A DNA stretch of 64,000 bases from an uncultured Gammaproteobacteria bacterium (lineage in GTDB: Bacteria > Patescibacteriota > Microgenomatia > UBA8517), in NCBI GenBank assembly GCA_964463425.1, contig CAYXBV010000001.1, forward strand, positions 55,547 to 119,546. Reading direction: 5' to 3'. How positions within the stretch are numbered: the first letter of the stretch is position 1; each line of letters begins with the position of its first letter. Shown here one piece after another: positions 41,424 through 50,625 of this stretch. The notes beneath the pieces were generated by a model, which was given only the letters and a program-made list of their open reading frames with translations, was not told the DNA's origin and did no database searches. Both the position numbers and the translations under genes were made by a program.

Positions 41424-42941
41424 TTAATTCCCAAAGATTTCTTTGGCGACTTTGATTATATCGTCGTCTGTTTCTTCAGTCAAAACTACTTCCTCTTTCG
41501 GTTCTGTTTTCAGAACCTCTCTTGCTTGAGGTTCTGCTAACAAACATTGAATTCTGGTTGGGCAACCCAACACTCCCGCCACTACTTCTTCTAATACCCT
41601 TAAGTGATGTGTATCTTCCAATCTCTCTTTGTGAAATCGATAAAAGACACTGAGTGTTAATACTCCGCCATCAAAACCCAAAGGTTTGGCGGCTCTTAAC
41701 AATGCTTCTATCGATGTGTTTATTGGTTTAACTGCTAATAGTATTTTAGTCCAAACTTCATCGGTAACTTCTCCAGCAAATTTTTTCGTACTTACCGACT
41801 CTTTTTTCTCGGGCTTTATCTCTTTAAAATCAATTGTATCAGTCTCATTTCCATTTCCACTATCAACCTTATCGACCCCTTTCAATTCTTTCTTGCTACC
41901 AGTCTGCTCGTTTTGATTGTCGCACCACTCAATAACAGCCACCTCTAAAGGCAATTGTTCAATAACGGCCCCCTTTAGTTCATTGGCCGCATTTACAAAA
42001 AGTCTTATCAGAGCAATGATTTCTTTTTTCGTTAATTTTGCATATTCTTCCCCCTCTAGGCCTACTTTATTGAGAAGTGCACCTCTCAATCTTTTTAACA
42101 GCGCAGAAGTAAAGGTTTCAAGTGAAGCGCCGGCACTAACAACTCCTTCTATTTCCATTAAACACTCTTTTGTGTTCTTTTCTGCTAGGTGAACTAGTAA
42201 TTCTTCTATGTTGAATGTTTTTTTCTTAAATAAATACTCTTCAGCATCTTTAGTGTTGAGTTTAACTTTCTGTGTAACCAATTCTTCCAGGATTTTAGCT
42301 CCATCTCTAAACGAACCGTCTGCTTTCTGGGAAATTAAGGCAATTGCGCCTTTGTCTTTTAAGTTTTCCCCTCTGGCTATTTTTGCCAAAGACCTTTCAA
42401 CCTCTTTTTCTGTCGCCTTCTTAAAAAGAATGTTTGTTACTCGTGACCTTATCGTATCAATTAGCTTTTCGGGATTGGTTGTTGCTAAGATAAACATCAC
42501 ATGATCAGGTGGTTCCTCTAGAGTTTTAAGAAGTGCGTTGGCCGCCTCTGTTGTTAACATGTGCGCTTCATCAATTATGTAAACTTTTTTTCGAGAACTA
42601 GCAGGAGCTAGCTTAACCGCATCCCTAAGAGCTCTTACATCGTCTATTCCTCTATGACTAGCAGCGTCAAGCTCTATTACATCAATGTTTGACCCCTTTG
42701 TAATCGATTTACATTGACTGCATTTGTTGCAAGGTTCTCCGTATTTCTTTTCATTGCCCAAGCAGTTAACAACTTTAGCCATTATCCTTGCCGCCGATGT
42801 TTTGCCTGTACCCTTGGGTCCCGAAAATAAAAAAGCGTGAGGAATTTTTCCAGAGACAATGATTTTTCCTAAAGACTCTCTTACATTAGCAATATCTAGG
42901 TCTTCTATTTTTTGGGGACGATATTTAAGATAATAGGTCAT
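41424..42941 (-). CDS. dnaX: DNA polymerase III subunit gamma/tau
   Basis: KYRPQ, GPKGTGKTS, PCNKC..C, ELDAAS, IIDEAHML, LLKTLEEPP, TIRSR. Confidence 0.96.
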   Translation of the reverse strand: MTYYLKYRPQKIEDLDIANVRESLGKIIVSGKIPHAFLFSGPKGTGKTSAARIMAKVVNCLGNEKKYGEPCNKCSQCKSITKGSNIDVIELDAASHRGIDDVRALRDAVKLAPASSRKKVYIIDEAHMLTTEAANALLKTLEEPPDHVMFILATTNPEKLIDTIRSRVTNILFKKATEKEVERSLAKIARGENLKDKGAIALISQKADGSFRDGAKILEELVTQKVKLNTKDAEEYLFKKKTFNIEELLVHLAEKNTKECLMEIEGVVSAGASLETFTSALLKRLRGALLNKVGLEGEEYAKLTKKEIIALIRLFVNAANELKGAVIEQLPLEVAVIEWCDNQNEQTGSKKELKGVDKVDSGNGNETDTIDFKEIKPEKKESVSTKKFAGEVTDEVWTKILLAVKPINTSIEALLRAAKPLGFDGGVLTLSVFYRFHKERLEDTHHLRVLEEVVAGVLGCPTRIQCLLAEPQAREVLKTEPKEEVVLTEETDDDIIKVAKEIFGN

Positions 42942-42950
42942 ATTTAAAAA

Positions 42951-43337
42951 CTAATCGTGATGAATACCTAGTAGGTGCAAGGCTCCATGTTCAACTAACT
43001 CGATAACTTTTTCTTCAGGGCTTATTCCTTCATGTTTCGCTTCTTCCTTAGCTTTTGGGTAGCAAACAAGTATTTCTCCTAAGTGCTTTGAGTCATCGGG
43101 AGGATAAACAAAATTTTCCTTAACCTCTTTATCAGTAAAAGTTAGAACATTGTGCACCTTATTATCTTTAAGATACTTACTGGATATGTCAAGCATCTTT
43201 TTATTGTCAACTATCGCCACTGACACTCTGGTGTTAGAAACCACCCCTCTTTGTTCTAATAAAGTAGATAAAGATTTTTTAATCTTTCTGGAATTAATGC
43301 GGAACTTTAGCTGATTTTTAACAGAAACCGAAATCAT
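42951..43337 (-). CDS. ybeY: rRNA maturation RNase YbeY
   Basis: NVLTF, LGEI, HGALHLLGIHH. Confidence 0.9.
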   Translation of the reverse strand: MISVSVKNQLKFRINSRKIKKSLSTLLEQRGVVSNTRVSVAIVDNKKMLDISSKYLKDNKVHNVLTFTDKEVKENFVYPPDDSKHLGEILVCYPKAKEEAKHEGISPEEKVIELVEHGALHLLGIHHD

Positions 43338-43372
43338 AATTATGCTTTCTTTATTTTAGCCTCAAGCAGTTA

Positions 43373-43813
43373 TCAAGAGAGTTTTGCGCGTACCATCTCG
43401 GAGACCTTTTTCCCATCCGCTTGTCCTTTGCACTTACCCATTACTTCCCCTATGACTTTTCCCATGTCCTTCATGCTCTTTGCTTCAGTTGAGGCAACTA
43501 CTTCATCTACTATTTTCTGAATTTCCTTGTCTGCCATCTCTTCAGGAAGATACACCTGCAACAAAGCCAACTCATCCTTCTCTTTTTTAGCTCTCTCGGG
43601 AGCTTCTGCTTTCCCATAAGCCTCAATAGAATCTTTTCTCATTTTTGCCTCCCTTTTTACGACCTCTAACTCTTCCTCTTTCGTTAGGTCTTCTTGTTTT
43701 TTAATTTGGGCATTATGCAACGCCGCCGACAGAAGCTTCAAGGTTGAAACTTTTAGTTTTTCCCCTGCCTTCATAGCTTCTATAATTTCACTTTTTATTT
43801 TTTCGGTTATCAT
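43373..43813 (-). CDS. GatB/YqeY domain protein
   Basis: AMKA, K.RKDSIEAY, E...L..YLP, DMGKV.G, ADGK; ATG 43813 likely. Confidence 0.92.
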   Translation of the reverse strand: MITEKIKSEIIEAMKAGEKLKVSTLKLLSAALHNAQIKKQEDLTKEEELEVVKREAKMRKDSIEAYGKAEAPERAKKEKDELALLQVYLPEEMADKEIQKIVDEVVASTEAKSMKDMGKVIGEVMGKCKGQADGKKVSEMVRAKLS

Positions 43814-43833
43814 GATTGTTCTTTTATCCTCTA

Positions 43834-44184
43834 TTATTCTAACTCCATCTCGGAGGCACCATTTTTCCATCCTCCGATTAAATGATAGTGTAAATGAAAA
43901 ACTGTCTGTCCTGCTCCCTTACCACTTGCCGTTAATACCTTAAAAGCACTACCTATTCCTTTTTTCTTGGCGATTTCTGCAGCTGTCTTCTGAATTTTTC
44001 CAAGCACCTTAACATCATCTTTGTCGGCTTCACCTAATGATGTTATGTGTTTTTTGGGAATTATTAAAATATGAACTGGTGCAATAGGTTTTACATCCTC
44101 AAAAGCAAGTATCTCGTCGTCCTCCCATTCAAAAACGGTCGGAATTTCTCCTTTTACAATTTTACAAAAAACACAATCTTTCAT
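43834..44184 (-). CDS. Histidine triad nucleotide-binding protein (HinT)
   Basis: DCVFCKI, P.APVHILIIPKKH, GQTVFHLHYHLIGG. Confidence 0.95.
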   Translation of the reverse strand: MKDCVFCKIVKGEIPTVFEWEDDEILAFEDVKPIAPVHILIIPKKHITSLGEADKDDVKVLGKIQKTAAEIAKKKGIGSAFKVLTASGKGAGQTVFHLHYHLIGGWKNGASEMELE

Positions 44185-44274
44185 TCCGTATCAGTATATA
44201 TACTTGTGAAAACAACGACAAGAGGAAAATTGACGCTTTTCACACAGAAATACGGGGTCTTAAAATACGCAAAA

Positions 44275-45261
44275 CTAAAGAAGAGAAATTATTGTTTTTG
44301 CCAATTTACTAGCATCATGCCTATAAAGCGTTGTTGTATCCATAAAATCTCCTGAAATTATTCTTGTTCCATTTTTCCGTCTGTGTAAGTCGTTTATTAC
44401 CAACTTAGAACCATATTTTTTATACCAGTTAGTCATACTATTATTTGCCTTTGCTCTTGTCTTGTTTACAATAACATGACTCACCTTTTCTGATGACTCA
44501 CCTAAATATTGCTTTATTACTGTTAAAAAGTCGTTCGCTGAAAATCCGTCAGTTTCGCCTCTTTTAGTTAGCAAGTTAACAACATAAACCAGCTTTGCAT
44601 TTGATTTCAAAAGAGCTTCGTTCATACCTTGTACCAAAAGTGTAGGAACGATGCTTGTATACAAGTCTCCTGGTCCCAATACGACCATGTCTGCTGTCTC
44701 AATTGCCTTCTTTGCTTTGTCAAAAATCTTAGCCTTTGGAGTTAAGTACACTTTCTTTATCGGATATTTAAGCTTAAATGTACGCATGTCAATATTGCTT
44801 TCTCCGTACACTCTTGTTCCGTCAGTTAAAGTTGCTGCCAAATTTGTTTTATCTAGCGTCACTGGATAAACAGAGCCGGACACATTAAATATTCTTGCTG
44901 CCTCATCTATAGCTCTATCCATACTGCCTGTTATTTGCACTAAGGCCGCCAATAAAATATTTCCTACAGAATGCCCAGCCAAACTTTTACCGCTAGTAAA
45001 ACGAAAATCGAACACTTCCTCTAGTGTTTTTTTGGCAAAAGGAAGGTCAGACAAAGCCATAATTGCACGTCTAACATCACCCGGGGGCAAGATGTCTAGT
45101 TCTTTGCGAAGCTTGCCTGTCGATCCACCAGAGTCACACATTGAAATAACAGCAGACAGATCAACCGGATATGTCTTGAGACCCGTTAAAACAGCATACG
45201 TGCCAGTGCCACCTCCAATTGCAACTATTTTTTTCTCTCTTCTATTTCTCATTCTTTTCAT
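44275..45261 (-). CDS. YvcK/GlmR (CofD-like) family protein
   Basis: IGGGTG, DSGGSTG.LR, PPGD.R, GHS.GN, GPGDLYTSI.P, RHD..KLA. Confidence 0.92.
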   Translation of the reverse strand: MKRMRNRREKKIVAIGGGTGTYAVLTGLKTYPVDLSAVISMCDSGGSTGKLRKELDILPPGDVRRAIMALSDLPFAKKTLEEVFDFRFTSGKSLAGHSVGNILLAALVQITGSMDRAIDEAARIFNVSGSVYPVTLDKTNLAATLTDGTRVYGESNIDMRTFKLKYPIKKVYLTPKAKIFDKAKKAIETADMVVLGPGDLYTSIVPTLLVQGMNEALLKSNAKLVYVVNLLTKRGETDGFSANDFLTVIKQYLGESSEKVSHVIVNKTRAKANNSMTNWYKKYGSKLVINDLHRRKNGTRIISGDFMDTTTLYRHDASKLAKTIISLL

Positions 45262-45637
45262 TAGACCATACTTTTAACATTGCCTGAACAAGAGGTTTTT
45301 TAAGATTTGAGCTGGAATTACCAGACACTTTTTTCATTACCTCTCTTTGGTTTAACCACCTTTTCCCATGTTTTTGGGGAAATAAATAAAGTTCTATTAT
45401 TTCTTTTTGCTGTTTTGTAATCAAGTCATTGTAGTCAATTTTTTTTCGTATACTGACAACCCACTGGTTTAATTGTCCCCTAAACCTTAAGTCAAGAGGT
45501 CTATAGATTAGTTCAAATTTTTTGGGTGGTCGATATCGTGAATTTTTGGGTTGAGGATATTTTGACTTTGGTTTAATAAAGCCAATTTTTTCGAAGCCCG
45601 GCAGGTTTCTTTGTTTGCCTTTGCTGTGTCGAAACAC
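45242..45637 (-). CDS. Small basic protein with a sigma70 region-4-like HTH
   Basis: LITKQQKEIIELYLF..LNQREVMKKV..SSNLKK...AMLKV resembles region 4. Confidence 0.45.
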   Translation of the reverse strand: MFRHSKGKQRNLPGFEKIGFIKPKSKYPQPKNSRYRPPKKFELIYRPLDLRFRGQLNQWVVSIRKKIDYNDLITKQQKEIIELYLFPQKHGKRWLNQREVMKKVSGNSSSNLKKPLVQAMLKVWSNEKNEK

Positions 45638-46864
45638 TTATTTTAATCTTTTTATTACTTGATCTAACGTAATTATTTCAATTTTTCCGCTAGCTCGATC
45701 TTTCCATTCAATCTTGTCTCCAGTTTTGGTCGAGACAACAATTCTGTATGGAATTCCTATCAAGTCTACATCTGCAAATTTGCCACCGGCGGTTATGTCC
45801 CTATCGTCCCAAAGAACATCTATTTTTTCTTTTCGGAGTTGTTCATAAATCTTTTTGCCTTTTTCTTTTTCATTTATATCAATCAAGTGAACGTCGTAAG
45901 GAGCAATTTGTGAGTACCATATAATTCCTTTATCATCATGACTGACTTCTACCAACGCTCCCATAACCCTTGTACAACCGATGCCGTAGCTGGCAAACCA
46001 AACAGGTTTTTTCTTCCCATCCTCATCAGTGTAATAAACTTTCATTCTTTCTGCGTACCAGGTACCTAGTGGGAAAATATTACCGACTTCAATAGCTTTC
46101 GATTCAATAATCTTTCCTTTCTTGCACTTAGGACATTTTTTACCCACTTTGTCTCCCAGTAATTCTTTGTTTGCTCCCCAATTACATTTATCGCAATAAT
46201 AGATTGTGTCTTCTCCTCCTTTGGCTAATACCTGAAACTCATGGGTATTACCCTCCGTAAACACACCACCTGGAGCATCGGTTACTTTTACATCAAGCCC
46301 TATTCTTTTGAATGCTTTTAGGTATGCCTCTTTTACCTTTTCGTAATATGCCCACATGTCTTCTTCTGTCGTGTGTGCACTGTATAAATCTTTCATCATG
46401 AATTCTCTGCCTCGTAGAATACCACTTCTGGGTCTTGGTTCGTTTCTAAATTTTGTAGAGAAGTGGTAAAGAGATAAGGGGAGGTCTTTGTGGCTATTGA
46501 TATTTTTTCTAAGAAGATCCATAACAACTTCTTCGTGAGTAAAAGATAGAGCAAACTCTTTGCCCTTTGTATCTTTAAATTGATACATTACTTCCTTTGC
46601 TTTATCCCACCTGCCTGTTTGGTCCCATATTTTTCTAGGATGAAGAAGGGGCATTAGCATTTCTTGTCCACCAACAGCGTTCATTTCTTCGCGAATGATT
46701 TGATTTATTTTTGTTACAACTTTCCAGCCAAGAGGAAGAAGTGTCCAGCTTCCTGCCATTAACTGATCTATAAAACCCGCCCTAACAAGCAATTGGTGAT
46801 TAGCACTTTCCGCCTCTTTTGGCGATTCTTTTCTAGTCTTTGGAAATAGTTTAGATTGTAACAT
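45638..46864 (-). CDS. proS: Prolyl-tRNA synthetase (short form, no INS editing domain)
   Basis: LLVRAGFI, THEE, KFRNEPRPRSG.LRGREF.MKD.YS, IEVGNIF.LG, SYGIG. Confidence 0.96.
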   Translation of the reverse strand: MLQSKLFPKTRKESPKEAESANHQLLVRAGFIDQLMAGSWTLLPLGWKVVTKINQIIREEMNAVGGQEMLMPLLHPRKIWDQTGRWDKAKEVMYQFKDTKGKEFALSFTHEEVVMDLLRKNINSHKDLPLSLYHFSTKFRNEPRPRSGILRGREFMMKDLYSAHTTEEDMWAYYEKVKEAYLKAFKRIGLDVKVTDAPGGVFTEGNTHEFQVLAKGGEDTIYYCDKCNWGANKELLGDKVGKKCPKCKKGKIIESKAIEVGNIFPLGTWYAERMKVYYTDEDGKKKPVWFASYGIGCTRVMGALVEVSHDDKGIIWYSQIAPYDVHLIDINEKEKGKKIYEQLRKEKIDVLWDDRDITAGGKFADVDLIGIPYRIVVSTKTGDKIEWKDRASGKIEIITLDQVIKRLK

Positions 46865-46872
46865 TGGGGTTA

Positions 46873-47985
46873 TTATCTCAGAACAGAATTTAGAAATCCA
46901 GAAAGACCACCGGCAGTAACCAACCTTCGAACGTCATGAACGGTAATGGCAACAAGTAGCGATATTAAAATAATCATACCTATTCCGTTAACAGTTGCTT
47001 CAACCTTAGGTGAAACTTTTCTACCAATAATAGATTCGATTCCTATGAATAACAGCCTGCCTCCATCTAAGGCAGGAAAAGGAAGAATATTTAAAATAAC
47101 CAAATTTATCGAAAGTATACCCACAAAATTAATAAGTGTTAGTATGCCATATTTAGCAGCCTCAGTAGTTAATGCAAATATACCAACAGGACCAGCAATG
47201 TCTTGAGGTACCTGTCCATTAAAGAGATTAATAAAAAGGGTGGCAAACCCCGAAACCATGGTCGCTCCCCAAAAAAGGGCTTCTTTTACACCATAAAATA
47301 TTCCAACAAATGGTCTTTGCCATACTGGCGGATAATAAACTTCAGTTGAGGATATAACAACACCCAGGGGCCCTTCTTCTTCCGGTGGATTTTCTCTTGG
47401 TCTAATTTGAACTTTCTCTATAGTCGTTTCGTCTCCAGTTGTTCTTTCTAGCTCAAAGAACAATCTGCTTCCTTTATTTTCTTCAATTATTTCGATAAAT
47501 CCTGAAACAGTAGTCACCTCTTCATCTCCAACTTTTTTAACGACATCTCCAACTAATACTTTAGCTGTCTGCGCAGGAGACCCAGGGACAACATTCACAA
47601 CACGAACATTTTCGGTTTCTTTTGGTATCCCAGAAAAGGAATATACAGTGGCAAAAGCAAGTACTGCTAACAATAAATTCATAGTCACCCCTGCTAGAAG
47701 GACGGTAATTCGTGCCTTTTTGCTTTTGTTAACAAATGATCTCTTGGGATTAGTCACTCCCTCTTCGCTCATTTCACCATGAAGCCTGACAAACCCACCG
47801 AAAGGCAATAAATTAATTGAATATACTGTCTCGCCAATTTTTTTGCCATAAATTCTAGGAGGATAACCTAATCCAAACTCCTCAACCAACACTCCCGCGC
47901 GTTTTGCAGCCCAATAATGTCCAAATTCGTGAACCAATATTAAGACCGATAAAACTATTAAAAATGTCAATATTGAACTTGCCAT
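46873..47985 (-). CDS. rseP: RIP metalloprotease RseP
   Basis: HEFGH, GGFVRL, PDZ (SPA), GPVGI, NILPFPALDGG. Confidence 0.92.
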   Translation of the reverse strand: MASSILTFLIVLSVLILVHEFGHYWAAKRAGVLVEEFGLGYPPRIYGKKIGETVYSINLLPFGGFVRLHGEMSEEGVTNPKRSFVNKSKKARITVLLAGVTMNLLLAVLAFATVYSFSGIPKETENVRVVNVVPGSPAQTAKVLVGDVVKKVGDEEVTTVSGFIEIIEENKGSRLFFELERTTGDETTIEKVQIRPRENPPEEEGPLGVVISSTEVYYPPVWQRPFVGIFYGVKEALFWGATMVSGFATLFINLFNGQVPQDIAGPVGIFALTTEAAKYGILTLINFVGILSINLVILNILPFPALDGGRLLFIGIESIIGRKVSPKVEATVNGIGMIILISLLVAITVHDVRRLVTAGGLSGFLNSVLR

Positions 47986-48005
47986 AATATATATATTAAC
48001 AGAAG

Positions 48006-48560
48006 TTAAACTCGAAGCAGCTCGACTTCTTTCTTTTTGCCGTTTTCGTCAATTTTCTTAACAAATTCATCCGTTGTATCCTGCAATTGTTTTTCTTGAT
48101 TGAACTTCTCATCTTCGCTTAACTCTTTGCCTTCAAAACTTTTCTTAATATCCCTCATCGCATCCGATCGAACTTGTCTTATCATTACTCGCCCGCTTTC
48201 TAGCTTTGTAGATAATAGCTTTACGTATTTTTGTCTATCTTCTGTTGTCAAAGCTGGCAAACTTATTCTGATAATCTCGCCATCTACTGACGGATTAAAA
48301 CCTATATTCGCTAACAAAATTCCTTGCTTGATGTCGCCAATGATTGACTTATCCCAGGGGTCTATTGTCAAAGTTTCAGGATCTGGAGCCGAAATAGTAG
48401 CCAGTTCGTTTATTTTCAGTTTTTGTTGCCCACCATAGACAGAAACTTCTAATTCTTCTATTAATCCTGGGGTGGCTCTGCCTGTTCTTATGGTACCAAT
48501 ATCAGTCACAACCATATCGAGAACTTCTTGCATCTTGGAGCGAACTGTTCCTTCTTCCAT
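48006..48560 (-). CDS. frr: Ribosome recycling factor
   Basis: IRTGRA, YG, PWD, NP..DG..IR, LT.E.R, R..IRQVR. Confidence 0.96.
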   Translation of the reverse strand: MEEGTVRSKMQEVLDMVVTDIGTIRTGRATPGLIEELEVSVYGGQQKLKINELATISAPDPETLTIDPWDKSIIGDIKQGILLANIGFNPSVDGEIIRISLPALTTEDRQKYVKLLSTKLESGRVMIRQVRSDAMRDIKKSFEGKELSEDEKFNQEKQLQDTTDEFVKKIDENGKKKEVELLRV

Positions 48561-49021
48561 TACTTGCCTAATTCTATCCTAAACACTCGACCAATGCGAA
48601 TGTTTTCGCCCGTCTTGGCCATTACTTCTTTTACAAGTTCCAATATCTTCTTACTAGGATCTTTAATGAAATCTTGCTTTTCTAATTCCTTGGCGTCTTT
48701 TGCCTTCATTGAAGCTGCTTGCATCGCTAAATCGTGTGCTAGTTTTTCAAAAAGTTCATTTCTGGCAACAAAGTCTGTTTCGCAAAAAAGTTCAACGATG
48801 CCAATCACTTTTTTATCATGGTGTGTATATGTGGCAACAATACCTTGTCCAGTTTCCCTTCCGCTTCTTTTTTCAGCCTTTTCAAAACCCTCTTTCCTTA
48901 AAACCTTTTCAGCTTTATCAACATCTCCCTTAACTTCTTCCAAAACCTTTTTGGCTCTAATCACGGGAGCGCCGGTATTTTTTCTTAACTTTCTTATTTC
49001 TTCTACTGTAATTTTTGCCAT
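48560..49021 (-). CDS. tsf: Elongation factor Ts (short form)
   Basis: LRKNTGA, LRKEG, ELFCETDFVAR, GENI...RI. Confidence 0.93.
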   Translation of the reverse strand: MAKITVEEIRKLRKNTGAPVIRAKKVLEEVKGDVDKAEKVLRKEGFEKAEKRSGRETGQGIVATYTHHDKKVIGIVELFCETDFVARNELFEKLAHDLAMQAASMKAKDAKELEKQDFIKDPSKKILELVKEVMAKTGENIRIGRVFRIELGK

Positions 49022-49023
49022 TT

Positions 49024-49746
49024 TTATTTTTTCTTTTTGGCGGGCTTTTTCTTTTTGGCGGGCTTTTTCTTTCCTTCCAAAATCGCTTGTTGCATCAAGT
49101 CTAGTGCATATTCCAAGGCCGTTGAAGCATCGTCATTCATTGGGATAGGATAATCAACCAAAGTGGGATCTGTGTTTGAATCAACAATTCCTATTGTTTC
49201 AATACCCATCTTTTGAGCTTCTTTTACCGCCCCTATTTCTCTCCTGATATCAACAATAATCATTAAGCTTGGTGGGCGTTCCAAACCACTCATTCCCCCA
49301 AAGAAACGATCTAATCTGGTAATTTCTTTTTCGAGAAGTAATCTTTCCTTTTTTGTAAAATGGTTATATTCCTTTGCGGCCATTTTCTCTTTCATCTCTG
49401 ACAACTTCTTTAGTGATTTATCGATTTGTTCGAAGTTTGTTAGGGTTCCTCCAAGCCAGCGCTCAGTCACACAGTGTATTCCTGTCGTAGCGGCAACTTC
49501 TTTTGCCTTAACTTTTGCTTGCTTCTTAGTACACACAAGAAGAATTGATTTATCTTCCTTTGTTGCTTGGGTCAATAACGCAAGAGCTTCTTCAATCTTT
49601 TTCTTGGTTATTGTTAAGTCAAAAACGTGTACGCCTTCTTGGGAACCGTAAAGGTATTCCTGCATTTTGGGATTCCAGCGTTTTGTTTGATGCCCAAAAT
49701 GAGCACCAGACTCAATCAATTCTTTTAGTGATATTTTTACTGTCAT
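49024..49746 (-). CDS. rpsB: 30S ribosomal protein S2
   Basis: GAHFGHQT.RWNPKM, RWLGGTLTNF, VDSN.DP, P.NDD. Confidence 0.97.
   Translation of the reverse strand: MTVKISLKELIESGAHFGHQTKRWNPKMQEYLYGSQEGVHVFDLTITKKKIEEALALLTQATKEDKSILLVCTKKQAKVKAKEVAATTGIHCVTERWLGGTLTNFEQIDKSLKKLSEMKEKMAAKEYNHFTKKERLLLEKEITRLDRFFGGMSGLERPPSLMIIVDIRREIGAVKEAQKMGIETIGIVDSNTDPTLVDYPIPMNDDASTALEYALDLMQQAILEGKKKPAKKKKPAKKKK
49031..49071. repeat. 18-bp tandem repeat encoding the S2 tail KKKPAKKKKPAKKKK
   Basis: TTCTTTTTGGCGGGCTTT present twice in tandem. Confidence 0.8.
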
Positions 49747-49888
49747 TTTTATTAGTTCCTTAATCCACCTTTTGGTGGGCCGCTACTTAAGGGAGAAGTA
49801 TTAGAAGCTTCTCAGGAACTTAACCTCAAGTATGTGTATTTGCTCTTAGAGCAAGCTGTAGTTTATCAAGACTTGCCCAGCTTTTCAA
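49747..49888 (-). promoter_or_regulatory. rpsB promoter and structured 5' leader
   Basis: TTGAAA-17-TAAACT; outer stem AGTTCCT/AGGAACT encloses GAGAAG/CTTCTC and CCACC/GGTGG hairpins and ends 7 nt before the ATG. Confidence 0.6.
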
Positions 49889-49911
49889 CAGCCATAGCTA
49901 CGTTAACAATA

Positions 49912-50625
49912 TTATCCATTAAGTGAGACATTGTCATTCATTGTCGATAAAGAAGAAAATTTGGGGTGTTTTTCTACTTCCTCTTTAATTTGTTGACTTA
50001 TTACGTCTGGTGTTTGTTCGCCATCTATTACTATAAATTGATCAGGAAATCTAACAATCGTTTCTTTGTAACCTGCAAGTACTTTTTCTAATTTTGCCTT
50101 TTTCTCAAATAAGTCCAGTCCCATCCTTGAGCCTTTTATTCTCGCAAGACATGTATCAACAGACGCGTCTAGAAAAACCGTTATATCTGGAAGTGGGAAG
50201 CGACTCTGCATCGCGATCAGCCAATTTATATCTATGTTTTCTACGTGACCATACGCAATTGTCGACCAAAGGTATCTGTCCGTAATAACCAGCGATTTAT
50301 TTTCTAGTCTCGCTATAATTCCTCTTGGTTCATTTAAATGGTCTAGTCTGTCTGTGGCAAACATCATTTGCAACGTTTCATTATCCATTTGAAGATCGCG
50401 AGAAAGTATGTGTCTAATTGTTGCTCCAATTGGACCCTCTGTCGGCTCTTTTGTTAACCAAACATCTAGGCCATGCTGCATACCATAAAACCTCTCCATG
50501 TTTTTTGCTTGGGTACTAGAGCCACTTCCATCAAGCCCCTCTAAAGCAACTAGTATTCCAGGATAAGGATTGACGAGCATTTCGTGTTCGTAGTGAATTG
50601 TTAATCTCTGCTCTTGTTCTTTCAT
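49912..50625 (-). CDS. tmk: Thymidylate kinase (P-loop variant GSGSST)
   Basis: LEGLDGSG, TKEP, DR.DH, ITDRY..S..AY, PD.T.FLD. Confidence 0.88.
   Translation of the reverse strand: MKEQEQRLTIHYEHEMLVNPYPGILVALEGLDGSGSSTQAKNMERFYGMQHGLDVWLTKEPTEGPIGATIRHILSRDLQMDNETLQMMFATDRLDHLNEPRGIIARLENKSLVITDRYLWSTIAYGHVENIDINWLIAMQSRFPLPDITVFLDASVDTCLARIKGSRMGLDLFEKKAKLEKVLAGYKETIVRFPDQFIVIDGEQTPDVISQQIKEEVEKHPKFSSLSTMNDNVSLNG

Noticed and set aside
41795-41815. A6G run in dnaX as a possible -1 frameshift site producing gamma
   Set aside because: Phased as GAG AAA AAA GAG rather than A AAA AAG, and no clear stimulatory hairpin or internal SD was seen.
47977-48004. dif-like ACTTGCCATAA-TATATA-TTAACAGAAGT
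   Set aside because: Overlaps the rseP start codon. The same GCCATAATATATAT context occurs at the pilB start (about 4681-4694), so it is more likely an AT-rich initiation region.
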